The translations under genes were made by a program, and so were the position numbers. Below the pieces are notes generated by a model. That model was not told the origin of the DNA. It made no database searches and saw only the letters and a program-made list of their open reading frames with translations. Below are positions 20,066-29,509 of a DNA stretch of 64,000 bases, piece by piece. The DNA is from Candidatus Latescibacterota bacterium (GTDB lineage Bacteria > Latescibacterota > UBA2968 > GCA-2709665): contig CAXXJS010000010.1 of NCBI GenBank assembly GCA_963662665.2, forward strand, positions 64,001 through 128,000, given 5' to 3'. Position 1 is the first letter of the stretch; each line of letters begins with the position of its first letter.

Positions 20066-22285
20066 ATGAAACGAGCATGTTTCCTGGTCGCAATTGCCGC
20101 GGGTTGTCTCTGGGCTTCCGGGTTCAAGGGGTACGCATTGCAATCCGGTCCCTTCCCCGACTTTGACGGAGACGGGGTCGTGGGGTTCTCGGACTTTCTG
20201 CAATTCGCCGGCAGATTCGGTTCAAGCCTTGACGAGGAGACGTTTGACGAGCGGTTCGATCTGGATGGCGACGGCTTGATCGGCTTTCCGGATTTTCTGA
20301 TCTTCGCCGGCAACTTTGGAAAAGCATCTCCTTACGCTGGCGATGAGAACGACGTGAACATACCCGATGCCAACCTGCGTGCCGTGATTGCGGACAGCCT
20401 GGGCAAGGCGCGCGATGTGCCTATCACCCGGACCGAGATGGCGACTCTGACTGAACTCAGGGCGCATGATGCAGATATCAAAGATCTGACCGGGCTTCAG
20501 TTCGCCACCAATCTGGAATTCATATGGTTTACAAACAACGGATTCTCCGATATATCTCCGCTTTGTGATTTGACCAACCTGAACGACCTGATCCTCTTTG
20601 GCAACGCAATTGCCGATCTCTCCCCTGTTTCGGGCTTAGTCAATCTTACAGGGCTGAATCTAAATGACAATCGTGTTTCAGATCTCTCCCCATTGGCCAA
20701 CTTGAAGGAACTGATGCATTTGTGGCTTTTGAACAACAAGATCACTGATATGTCCCCACTATCAGGCCTTACGGGCCTGGCCGGATTGGAAGTTGGCGGT
20801 ACAGCCCTTACTGACCTTTCCGTTATAGCCGGATTGATCAATCTGACAGAACTCGGGCTTTCCAATAATAATATCTCCGACATATCCACGGTATCCGGCC
20901 TGATCAATCTCACGTACCTGGATCTCAGTGACAACTGTGTTTCGGATCTCTCGGCGCTGACCGGACTGACCAATCTCACGTACCTGAATCTCAACGGCAA
21001 CAGAATCACGGACTTCTCGCCATTGACAGCAGGTGCGGGAATGGGTAGCGGCGACCAGGTGGACGCGAGGAATAATCCGTCAAGTGCGGAATCGATCATT
21101 ACGCACCTGCCCGCGCTTCAGACCAGAGGCGTTGACGTCCAATTCGACGTCGAACCCGAATTGGTCTGTGTTCCAATTATTCCAGGGAATCTCTCCGTGG
21201 ACGCGGGAAGTTCTCACACGTTACAGACCAATCATCTGTACGTCGATCACGAGCGGATAAGATCCGGAGTCCGGCGTGGGGGTATCGGAGCCGTGGCGTA
21301 TGCCGATTTCAACGGCGACAGTTACGTGGATGTCTTTTTCGCTCCCGGCGATGGCTGGCAGCGCGACCCGATTCCTGCTGAACTGTACATGAATAACGGC
21401 ACGGGGTGTTTCACGTTGGACGCCAGTTTCCTGGGTGCGAACCCGCCTGGTCGGTTGGCGCCGAGAAAGGCACTTCCAGGTGACTTCAACGGTGATGGCC
21501 GGATGGATGTCTTCGTATTGGATCACGGATACGACAAGCCGCCGTTTCCGGGCGCGGCGCCGTATGTGATTCTTTCCTCCGGAGACGGATTCGTGCTGGG
21601 TAAAGGGCTGGAGAGTTTCGTCGGTTTTCAACACGGCGGGGCTTCGGCCGACGTCGACTCCGACGGTGACCTCGACATATTCGTCACCCACTTGAATGCC
21701 ACTGACGGGCCGTTTTTCCTTATGAATGACGGCAGTGGCTCATTTGTTCCGGATACGGATCGGGTAGAAGGACTTGCCCATAAGGCGCTGTTTACTGCTG
21801 AGATTGTTGATGTCGACGGTGACGGTTTCCTTGATCTCCTTGCCGCCGGTCACGAGTACGATCCCCCACAGGATTTACAGACGCAGATCTTGTGGGGTGA
21901 CGCCGACGGTGTCTACAGCACGGACAGGGCGACGTCGCTTCCGGGTGTAGTCGGCCGCGGCATCGTCGTGGACATCGACGTGAGCGACACCGACGGGGAC
22001 GGTGACAAGGACATCGTCATAAACCGCACCGGCGACGAGCGTACCGCCGTGTACAAAGGTTACTATGTGCAGCTGGTCGAGCAGGTCGGCGAGCGCCGGT
22101 TCGAGGACAATACGGAGGAGTTGCTTCATCAGAATGCAGACGAACAGGCAGATTGGATCGTCTGGATCCGCATGTGCGATTGCGACGCCGACGGAGACGT
22201 GGATATCGTGGTCGACGATGCCGCCAGAAAGCTCATCTGGAAGAACGACGGGACCGGCGCGTTTCACCGGCGCCAAGCAATGTGA
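20066..22285 (+). CDS. Secreted protein: EF-hand/dockerin-like tag, internalin-like LRRs and FG-GAP/VCBS propeller
   Basis: Signal peptide; DFDGDGVVGFSDF and DLDGDGLIGFPDF; IPDANLR cap; about 9 22-aa LRRs (LxxLxLxxNxIsDLspL); several DFNGDG/DVDGDG repeats. Confidence 0.85.
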   Translation: MKRACFLVAIAAGCLWASGFKGYALQSGPFPDFDGDGVVGFSDFLQFAGRFGSSLDEETFDERFDLDGDGLIGFPDFLIFAGNFGKASPYAGDENDVNIPDANLRAVIADSLGKARDVPITRTEMATLTELRAHDADIKDLTGLQFATNLEFIWFTNNGFSDISPLCDLTNLNDLILFGNAIADLSPVSGLVNLTGLNLNDNRVSDLSPLANLKELMHLWLLNNKITDMSPLSGLTGLAGLEVGGTALTDLSVIAGLINLTELGLSNNNISDISTVSGLINLTYLDLSDNCVSDLSALTGLTNLTYLNLNGNRITDFSPLTAGAGMGSGDQVDARNNPSSAESIITHLPALQTRGVDVQFDVEPELVCVPIIPGNLSVDAGSSHTLQTNHLYVDHERIRSGVRRGGIGAVAYADFNGDSYVDVFFAPGDGWQRDPIPAELYMNNGTGCFTLDASFLGANPPGRLAPRKALPGDFNGDGRMDVFVLDHGYDKPPFPGAAPYVILSSGDGFVLGKGLESFVGFQHGGASADVDSDGDLDIFVTHLNATDGPFFLMNDGSGSFVPDTDRVEGLAHKALFTAEIVDVDGDGFLDLLAAGHEYDPPQDLQTQILWGDADGVYSTDRATSLPGVVGRGIVVDIDVSDTDGDGDKDIVINRTGDERTAVYKGYYVQLVEQVGERRFEDNTEELLHQNADEQADWIVWIRMCDCDADGDVDIVVDDAARKLIWKNDGTGAFHRRQAM

Positions 22286-22333
22286 GCACGTGCCGTCGTC
22301 CTGTCGCGAACAGTTGATGCGTTCAGGCGGTGC

Positions 22334-22440
22334 CCTGCTTGTGCTGAGCCTGTCGAAGCAAGCTTGCTTGCATTGAGTTTGTCGAAGTGTCGTAGCGCCG
22401 GCGCCTGCCTGCGCCAAGCGGAGCGCGGCAGGCAGGAAGG
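22334..22440. repeat. REP-like cluster: two reversed CTTCGACA(G/A)(G/A)CTCA units plus a CCTGCCTGC...GCAGGCAGG hairpin
   Basis: TGAGCCTGTCGAAG and TGAGTTTGTCGAAG are reverse complements of the unit at about 12902. Confidence 0.55.
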
Positions 22441-22675
22441 CTGATGCGGTGGGGGTTTCGATTTCACTGGCCTTTAGCGGTCGAAAACCCAGGATCGCCA
22501 TTCCCAGGCGTTTCCTATATGCCGATCATGGATGGCCTGATTGGGGCGATCCGTGACATCGATCAGATCTTCAGTACCCTTGAAGGTGGCTTATTTGTGT
22601 TCACTTTCGAACCTGAGGTGCTGTAGCGCGAATTCATTGAGCGGGAATTGAGAGAAATCGACTTCGACCGATCGC

Positions 22676-23083
22676 TTACATTATCCGGGACCGTATCCGA
22701 TCCTCAGCCCATCTGACGACAGATTCGGCGATTTCCATCGCCTCCAGGTAGTGCTGTTCTGAGATGGGCTGCTCCATACCCGGATAGCGTGCAGCTGTCG
22801 CATAGGGCGTAAGCCTCCCTGCCCGGTGGATTTCGTCGGGCACATGTTGGCCCGTTGATGCCAGTACGGTCAATAGTTGGTCGAGATCATGCACGTACGG
22901 AAATGCAATTTCGCACGCGATCAATACGGCCTTGATGGCTTTCTCCGCCGCCTGTTGAGCATCGAAACACAGATCTTCAAGATAGGCGCCGGGAATTCGG
23001 TTTCTTGCTCGAACCAGATTGCTTCTTGCACGGTTCAACCATTCCCGAGGGTCGTCCGGTGGGAAGCGTTCAGGCGGCTTCAT
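22676..23083 (-). CDS. HEPN domain protein (MNT-HEPN toxin-antitoxin module)
   Basis: WLNRARSNL, CFDAQQAAEKAIKA, HDL and ARYP motifs; overlaps the MNT gene. Confidence 0.88.
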   Translation of the reverse strand: MKPPERFPPDDPREWLNRARSNLVRARNRIPGAYLEDLCFDAQQAAEKAIKAVLIACEIAFPYVHDLDQLLTVLASTGQHVPDEIHRAGRLTPYATAARYPGMEQPISEQHYLEAMEIAESVVRWAEDRIRSRIM

Positions 23084-23384
23084 ATATGACCCTTCCCTCC
23101 TGAAGTGCGGGCTTGATCACCAGCGCGTGACAGTCCTTGTAACGTTCCACCTGCGCCGGGGTGACCACGATCGCGTCCACTCCTACGCCAACCCCGCGCA
23201 GGTTGCCGTAGATGTCTCCAATAACAGTCCATGGATCGCTGTTGTCCTTTACGACGAGTAAGTCAATGTCGCTATGGCGGTTCAGGTCTCCCCTCGCGGC
23301 GGATCCGAAGAGAATTATCTTCTCAGGATGAGCGACTTCTACAATGCGCCGTATTATTTCGTCCAGAGTTGACTCGTCCAACAT
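23070..23384 (-). CDS. Minimal nucleotidyltransferase (MNT)
   Basis: ILFGSAARG...SDIDLLVV motif; 104 aa. Confidence 0.9.
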   Translation of the reverse strand: MLDESTLDEIIRRIVEVAHPEKIILFGSAARGDLNRHSDIDLLVVKDNSDPWTVIGDIYGNLRGVGVGVDAIVVTPAQVERYKDCHALVIKPALQEGRVIYEAA

Positions 23385-23593
23385 GGTACTGCCTTTCGTT
23401 TTATGGGCGCGTCATGTGTAACTATTGGCCAGCTTCCCTATCGATTTTATGGGGTCTATGGCATGTTTGAAGATAATATCGTAATTTGTGCGCGGATAGC
23501 AAAACAAAGCTTTTTAAGGACCCGCATGGCTATCTCGTTTCGTAACGATGTATCATCCGAAAGGTCCATTTCGCCGTCGGGATGAACGCCTGA

Positions 23594-23690
23594 CAGTCCG
23601 TTGATATTGTCGCTCTGCAGGCGAGGCAGGACGCCTGTCTGCGTACGTACGCACAGACAGACAGCCCGGATGGACTTTTCCAACGGGCTG
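23594..23690. mobile_element. MITE-like element, copy 1
   Basis: Imperfect terminal IRs CAGTCCGTTG / CAACGGGCTG, an internal CTGTCTGCGTACGTACGCACAGACAG palindrome, and homology to 28982-29089 in inverted orientation. Confidence 0.7.
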
Positions 23691-24075
23691 CAATGGTCGA
23701 CGCTTTACCCGGATTCGGATAGGTCGGCTCAAATTCCTTATGCCAGCAGGTACCAATACGGAGACAGGACAACACACCTCTACTGTGCACCGTCCTGTCG
23801 TTTCATTTCAGGCCAAGGGCATTCAGGGAATGGATCTCAGGGTTGTTTCCGATCCAACAACCGACCGAACGCCCCCGGATCGGACACCTGAATCGCGGCG
23901 CCCGGCGCCGGGACGCACGTAGATGACGCTTGAAACATCGGCACGCCGTGTTGTTCAATGGCGCGCCCGATATAGCCGGCCATGCGCCGCGTTCAACACA
24001 TCAGCCCATGAATCACAAACGATCCGCGGCTTGATTATTGTTGCAAGCTTTTTCCGAATAAACCCGTAAACCGAC

Positions 24076-24103
24076 TTGCGTTTTCTGTAAATCAAGGTAC
24101 AAT
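24076..24103 (+). promoter_or_regulatory. Putative sigma-70 promoter of the antiporter gene
   Basis: TTGCGT-16 bp-TACAAT. Confidence 0.4.
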
Positions 24104-24179
24104 AGTGATACAGAACAGAGAGGAAGCCGTCCAGGATCCTCCGAGTCGTTCCCTCTACATCTTTCATCCGGAGAATAAG

Positions 24180-25916
24180 ATGAGCCCTGGTATCCGCAAG
24201 TTTGTCGTCTTCGCCATCGCCCTGGTCGTATCCTGGATCGTCGGCATCAACGTCGCCCCCACCTGGACGGTCGAGCAGATCGCCCTCGACGCTCACAGCG
24301 ACAGGGAAGGAAAGCTCTACTACGTATACCAGGGAGAGCCTGCCTATTTCGACGCCGTACCCATCCAGGAAGCGCTGCTTAACCCCGAGAGAATCGAAGG
24401 CTCGCGCGAGGCCCCGTCAGTTGAGAAGGAGTTCGTCTCCGTGGTCAGGATGGAGGAGGGGGAGCCGCGGACCTTCTACTACCAGCTGCTCGCCAAGCGC
24501 CACTGGGGCTTCTGGTCCCTGCTTCCCGCGGTGGTCGCCGTACTACTGTGCTGGCTCACAAAGGAGCCGGTCACCTCCCTCCTCGGCGGCATTGTGTCCG
24601 GAGCCCTGGTACTGAGCCGCTACGACTTCACCGGCGACGTGCTGGTCCCCTCGCTGGCCACGACCAGCTCCGCCGGCGTTCTGCTTCTCTACCTGTGGTT
24701 GCTGGGCGGGCTGATGGGGATCTGGTCGCGGACGGGCGCCGCGCAGGCGTTCGCCGAGTTGATGACCGTGCGCTTCGTGCGCGGCCCGAGAAGCGCCAAG
24801 CTCGTATCCTGGATGCTCGGCGTCATCTTCTTCCAGGGAGGCACGGTCAGCACCGTGCTGGTCGGAACCACGGTCAAGCCAATCGCCGACAACGAAAAGG
24901 TCAGCCACGAAGAGCTCGCCTACATCGTGGACTCGACCGCCTCGCCGATCGCTTCCCAGCTCGCTTTCAACGCCTGGCCCGGGTACGTCCAGGCCTTCAT
25001 CTTCGTCTCCGGGGTGGGCTTCCTCGCCACCGAGACGGACCGCATCGCCTTTTTCTTCCAGAGCGTGCCGTTCTGCTTCTACGCGATCTTCGCCGTGCTC
25101 GGTACCTTTCTCCTCAGCATCGAGAGGCCCCTGTTCCTCGGTAAGCGGCTCGGGGCGGCGATGGAACGCTCCCGCGCGACCGGCCAACTCGACGCCGACG
25201 GAGCGAACCCCCTGAGCGCGAAGGAACTGCAGGGAAGCAACGTTCCCAAGGGTTACACCCCGCACGTGATAGAGTTCTTCCTGCCCCTGATTTCCCTCAT
25301 TGGCATCGCCGTCGGCACCTTCATCGTCAGCGGCTCCCCCAACGTGCAGTGGGCCTTCGGCACGGCCCTGCTGCTCGCCGCGGGGATGGCCCTGATCAAG
25401 GGGATGTCGCTCAAGGATCTCGTGGCGGGATTCCACGACGGCCTCAAGGGGGTGGTGCTCGGCTCCGTCATTCTCCTGCTCGCCATCACCATCGGAGGGA
25501 TAAACAAGGAGACGGGGGGCGGCATCTTTCTGGTCGAGCAACTCGGGGAAGCGATTCCCTTCTTCCTGCTACCCGTGCTGCTGCAAATCATGACCATGGT
25601 CATCGCCTTCTCCACGGGGACGAGCTGGGGAACCTACGCGGTGGCCTTCCCGCTGGCCATGCCGTTGGCCTGGGCGGTGGCCGGGGCTCACGGTCTTTCC
25701 CATCCCGAGCTGTTCATGACCCTCTGCTTCGCCGCGGTCATGGACGGCAGCGTGTACGGCGACCAGTGCTCGCCGATCTCCGACACCACCGTACTCAGCT
25801 CGATGTGCACCGGCTGCGACCTGATGGACCACGTCAAGACGCAGATACCCCAGGCGTCCATCGCGGCCTGCCTGGCGGCGGTCTGCTGGACCGTCCTCGC
25901 CTACTTCACCGCCTGA
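24180..25916 (+). CDS. Na+/H+ antiporter NhaC family (IT superfamily) membrane transporter
   Basis: Many TM helices; ELAYIVDSTASP, FSTGTSWGT, GDQCSPISDTTVLSS and DHVKTQ motifs. Confidence 0.85.
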   Translation: MSPGIRKFVVFAIALVVSWIVGINVAPTWTVEQIALDAHSDREGKLYYVYQGEPAYFDAVPIQEALLNPERIEGSREAPSVEKEFVSVVRMEEGEPRTFYYQLLAKRHWGFWSLLPAVVAVLLCWLTKEPVTSLLGGIVSGALVLSRYDFTGDVLVPSLATTSSAGVLLLYLWLLGGLMGIWSRTGAAQAFAELMTVRFVRGPRSAKLVSWMLGVIFFQGGTVSTVLVGTTVKPIADNEKVSHEELAYIVDSTASPIASQLAFNAWPGYVQAFIFVSGVGFLATETDRIAFFFQSVPFCFYAIFAVLGTFLLSIERPLFLGKRLGAAMERSRATGQLDADGANPLSAKELQGSNVPKGYTPHVIEFFLPLISLIGIAVGTFIVSGSPNVQWAFGTALLLAAGMALIKGMSLKDLVAGFHDGLKGVVLGSVILLLAITIGGINKETGGGIFLVEQLGEAIPFFLLPVLLQIMTMVIAFSTGTSWGTYAVAFPLAMPLAWAVAGAHGLSHPELFMTLCFAAVMDGSVYGDQCSPISDTTVLSSMCTGCDLMDHVKTQIPQASIAACLAAVCWTVLAYFTA

Positions 25917-25954
25917 GAGGAAGTGGGCGCGGCAGGCGGACAGGCGGGCGCAGG

Positions 25955-28912
25955 CTATTCACCTGTCCGTGCGTTTCTTTTGGCAACTGTTGAACGCCCT
26001 GGCCGCTTTTTCAGGACATTCCGCGTATATCTGCATTTGGGCCAGTTCGAACAACCGATAAACCGTCCATATTTTCCACGCTTCTCGTGCAGCCATCCAA
26101 AGCACGTCGGACATCCCTCAACGGCCTTCCGGCAGTCGCGGCAACGGTAGTCGCCATCAACCTTCGCCAGTAATCCGGTCCCGCAATGGGGACACCCGGG
26201 CTGTCGATACTCGCAGTACGGCCAGAGCGAACAGCCGTAGAATATCCCCCTGTCCTGAGCGTTACCTCTTTGCTGCAGCCGTCCGTGGATGCATTCCGGA
26301 CATGGTACATCCCGTTCCGGCTGCTCTCCATGAACCTCAACGTCATAACCCTCCTTCATCAACTCCTCGACGAAGGCCGAAGGCGCTCCTCTATCGACAA
26401 CGAGATAGACGCCGCGCCTGGCGCGGGTGACCGCGACGTAGAACAGGCGGCGCTCCTCGGCGTTTGGATAGGCTTCCGGCGCAGCCAGAACGAGATCCAG
26501 TAGCGGGTCGTCAACGATTCCGGTGGGGAAGCCGTACTTTCCGGAGCACAGGTCGAGCACCACCACATAGTCGGCCTCAAGGCCTTTTGAGCCGTGTACA
26601 GTCATGAAAGAGAGCCGAAAATTGGAATGTGCTCGCGCCAAAACGCCTAAATTCTGAGGCCTGGTGTGCTTGTACCGGCCCAGCAGCAGAACCGTGGAGC
26701 GCTCGTCGTCCTCTGCAGAATGAGCGGCAATTGCGTTTAACGCCTCCGCGAGTGGATCGGGACACGTTTCCGGGGCGACCATTACGTGCACGCATGGTTC
26801 GTCTGCATTGAAGATGGACGAAACACGCTTTCGGATCTGTGCGGGGTTGCTGAGCACGAATCGGCTTGCGAGATCGGCGATACGATCCGTGCATCTGAAC
26901 GTTGTTTCCAGGTTGACGCGTTCGCTCTCGCCAAAGCGCGCCGTGAACTCTCGCATGATGGCGATGTCCGAACCCGCAAATCGGTAGATGGCCTGCCAAT
27001 CGTCGCCAACCGCAAACAGCTGTGTGGTGTTCGATGTGTCCAGCAACGCCTTCAGCAGTCGCGCTCTCCCGGCCGAAATATCCTGAAACTCATCGACGAG
27101 TATGTAGCCAAACCGGTTGTGGTAACGCCCACGCTTCACGTGTTCCGTCGCGTTGGTGATCATGTCGTGGAAATCGATTTGCCGCAGACGTGCGAGCGAT
27201 TTCTGGTAACGCTCATATACTGGAACGAATACGGTCAGAAAGGCCTCCGCCCGAAGACGGTTTTGATCCCTGGCAGCGCGACGGGCCACGTCGTCTGCCG
27301 ACAGTTGCGCACCCTTGTAGTGATGGAGGAACGTCGCAACCAGACGCGTGAAAGGATCGATTCGGCCTTGCTTTTCGAGGACGGAGAAGGTGTCCTGAGA
27401 CGGGATCGGAGACAGCGTTACGCCATGGAGGGCCAATTTTTCCGCCAGATTCCCGGTCAGTCTGCCCGCTGCTTTTTCGTGACTGTAGGTCTCCACGAGT
27501 ATCGTGCCATGTGTCGCATGCAGCCGTCTTTTCCAGTCCAATGACCTGAGATATTCGTCGCGGTCGATAAAGGGGGGGGTATTATTCGATTCCGAGAGTG
27601 CAAGGTGTTCAATGTATATCCCCGCATCGGGGAGGGTGAAGTCGGGCCGGTATTGCCTCTTGTCCGGCGTGGCGGTTTCATGTTTGTAGTCCCTTTCGTA
27701 CTCATACGGCACACCGTTGAGGTAGAGGAAGTTGGCTATCTCGCATTCTTCGAAACTCTTGAGCTTCTCGCCCTGCAGGGACCGGACCTCGTTGTCCCGG
27801 AGATAAGTCCAATAGGCTCCCTGAGTCTGGAATTCGAACTCGCTTCGGTACGGAGCAAAATGCCCGGCGAACCATCTGAGCATAACGCTGGAGAACCTGG
27901 GATCGGCGACGAGATCGCCAACGATGCCCTTCAGCAGGTCGAACAGGGCTTGATCATCTACCGCAGCCCTGGCTACGGCCGGGCGTCTGCGTTCCACTTC
28001 GCTGATGATCGACATGCCCAGACTGTGGAACGTTCGAACCGTGAGTTCGGCGCCCAATTGAACCCCAAGGCGTTTCCGGACCCTTTCCTTCATTTCTTCC
28101 TGGGCATCTTTGGCAAATGCGAGCAGAAGCAGTTCCGACGGGCGGCGGTAACCCTTCTGAATAAGCCAGCCCGCCTTGGCAACGATGACCGACGTCTTTC
28201 CACTTCCGGCGGCTGCAACGATCAGGTTGCGGTCTTCATCCACGACAACTGCTCTCCGCTGCTCGTCCGTGAGCGGCCTCGCCTCGACCCTGTCGAAGAA
28301 TTCCCCGGATCGCACCAGTTCGTTGGCCACAAAGGTGTCGCAAGCCCTCGCCCGACAACGTTCGGAATCAACCGAAAAGTCCTGAATCGCTTTCAGCATT
28401 CGGATTTCTGCGACGTCGCATAGCTGTTCGGGACACTGAGATGGGAACCGGGCGACCACGTCTTTGGCATTGTGATCGATTGGGAAAAAGACAGTACGCG
28501 ACACGTACCGCGGCGGGTCAGTAAACTGCGCCAGGCGGTCGTAGACGGATTGAATCTTTCCGGCATGGGTATCCAGGGCGCATCGCCACCAGTCGAGTCT
28601 CGCTCGCATAAGCGCGTCGCCGACCAACTGCGCGTCCGGCTTAGACAGTCCGGATACCGTCACATTGCCGGAGGCGAAACGTACCTGCAATCCTCCCCAG
28701 AACCACCCGTTTGCCACCTCCGCGGTCTCGATTTCCCGAAAGGGGATAACCATCGACCGGGACGGGAGTTCGAGGATCAATGTTTCACTGTTCAACGTGA
28801 CCGCTCCGGCCTGTGCAGGACGAAGGAACGAGAACACGAAGGTGGCCAGACCGGATCGTCCGGCGCAAATAGCTCCCCTGGGGTCCGAATGACGACAATG
28901 CTCACGGGCCAT
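25955..28912 (-). CDS. helD: DNA helicase IV-like UvrD helicase with nuclease-like insert and C-terminal topoisomerase-type Zn ribbons
   Basis: AAAGSGKT, ILVDEFQD, VGDDWQAIYRF, HGSKGLEAD and EERRLFYVAVTRA; N-terminal GWFWGGL; C-terminal CxxC / FxGCSxWPxC repeats. Start is uncertain because the track's 5' extension runs through a MITE. Confidence 0.82.
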   Translation of the reverse strand: MAREHCRHSDPRGAICAGRSGLATFVFSFLRPAQAGAVTLNSETLILELPSRSMVIPFREIETAEVANGWFWGGLQVRFASGNVTVSGLSKPDAQLVGDALMRARLDWWRCALDTHAGKIQSVYDRLAQFTDPPRYVSRTVFFPIDHNAKDVVARFPSQCPEQLCDVAEIRMLKAIQDFSVDSERCRARACDTFVANELVRSGEFFDRVEARPLTDEQRRAVVVDEDRNLIVAAAGSGKTSVIVAKAGWLIQKGYRRPSELLLLAFAKDAQEEMKERVRKRLGVQLGAELTVRTFHSLGMSIISEVERRRPAVARAAVDDQALFDLLKGIVGDLVADPRFSSVMLRWFAGHFAPYRSEFEFQTQGAYWTYLRDNEVRSLQGEKLKSFEECEIANFLYLNGVPYEYERDYKHETATPDKRQYRPDFTLPDAGIYIEHLALSESNNTPPFIDRDEYLRSLDWKRRLHATHGTILVETYSHEKAAGRLTGNLAEKLALHGVTLSPIPSQDTFSVLEKQGRIDPFTRLVATFLHHYKGAQLSADDVARRAARDQNRLRAEAFLTVFVPVYERYQKSLARLRQIDFHDMITNATEHVKRGRYHNRFGYILVDEFQDISAGRARLLKALLDTSNTTQLFAVGDDWQAIYRFAGSDIAIMREFTARFGESERVNLETTFRCTDRIADLASRFVLSNPAQIRKRVSSIFNADEPCVHVMVAPETCPDPLAEALNAIAAHSAEDDERSTVLLLGRYKHTRPQNLGVLARAHSNFRLSFMTVHGSKGLEADYVVVLDLCSGKYGFPTGIVDDPLLDLVLAAPEAYPNAEERRLFYVAVTRARRGVYLVVDRGAPSAFVEELMKEGYDVEVHGEQPERDVPCPECIHGRLQQRGNAQDRGIFYGCSLWPYCEYRQPGCPHCGTGLLAKVDGDYRCRDCRKAVEGCPTCFGWLHEKRGKYGRFIGCSNWPKCRYTRNVLKKRPGRSTVAKRNARTGE

Positions 28913-28981
28913 GGCTGTTTTCCCCACATGCGAAGGACATTCGTTGACACGGCACACTTGAAATGCAGCCCGGTAGCCAAT

Positions 28982-29089
28982 CAGCACGTTGAAAAAGTCC
29001 ATCCGGGCTGCCTGCCTGTGCGTACGCACGCAGACAGGCGCCCGGCCCTTGTGGCCGAACACCTGCGTTGCGACTTTTCCAACGGACTG
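28982..29089. mobile_element. MITE-like element, copy 2
   Basis: Terminal IRs CAGCACGTTGAAAAAGTC / GACTTTTCCAACGGACTG and an internal CCTGCCTGTGCGTACGCACGCAGACAGG palindrome. Confidence 0.72.
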
Positions 29090-29509
29090 GTGTCCTTTTT
29101 TCAAGCTGGGCTTTTTTATCCTGCAAACCGTATGCCAGGCTGGTCGAATATAGACTGCAAAACCAGTCGTGCAGGCGGTCGCTGCCCGGGCGCGGGGTTC
29201 CGCCTCATCGGCTGCCCCGACCGGCAGAAGCTGTGTGAGATGACGCCTCCAATTCCGCCTTTGTTTTTCGTTGACACGCTCCCGCTATACCGCTTTCTTT
29301 CGCCTTCCTGTACGAGGCATCTGCGTCCGGACTCACGAATGTTCTCGTTGCTTCCCAATGTCTCGTAACCGATGCCTGTCTCTGTTAAAAAATTGTGCTT
29401 TCCTCACACGCGGTTCTGTCTTGAACAGGCGCAGACCAGCACCCGATTGACCGTTCATGCGTGTACCGCCGTCCTTTGAGACGTTTTTTTGCAAGCGAAA
29501 GGCCAGCCA

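Noticed and set aside
22519-22626. Short ORF MPIMDGLIG...GGLFVFTFEPEVL as a gene remnant
   Set aside because: Protein-like but too short to assign to any family with confidence.
28913-29104. N-terminal extension of the helicase ORF in the ORF track
   Set aside because: It reads through the MITE (CVRTHRQAARMDFFN also appears at ~23640), so it is unlikely to be real coding sequence.
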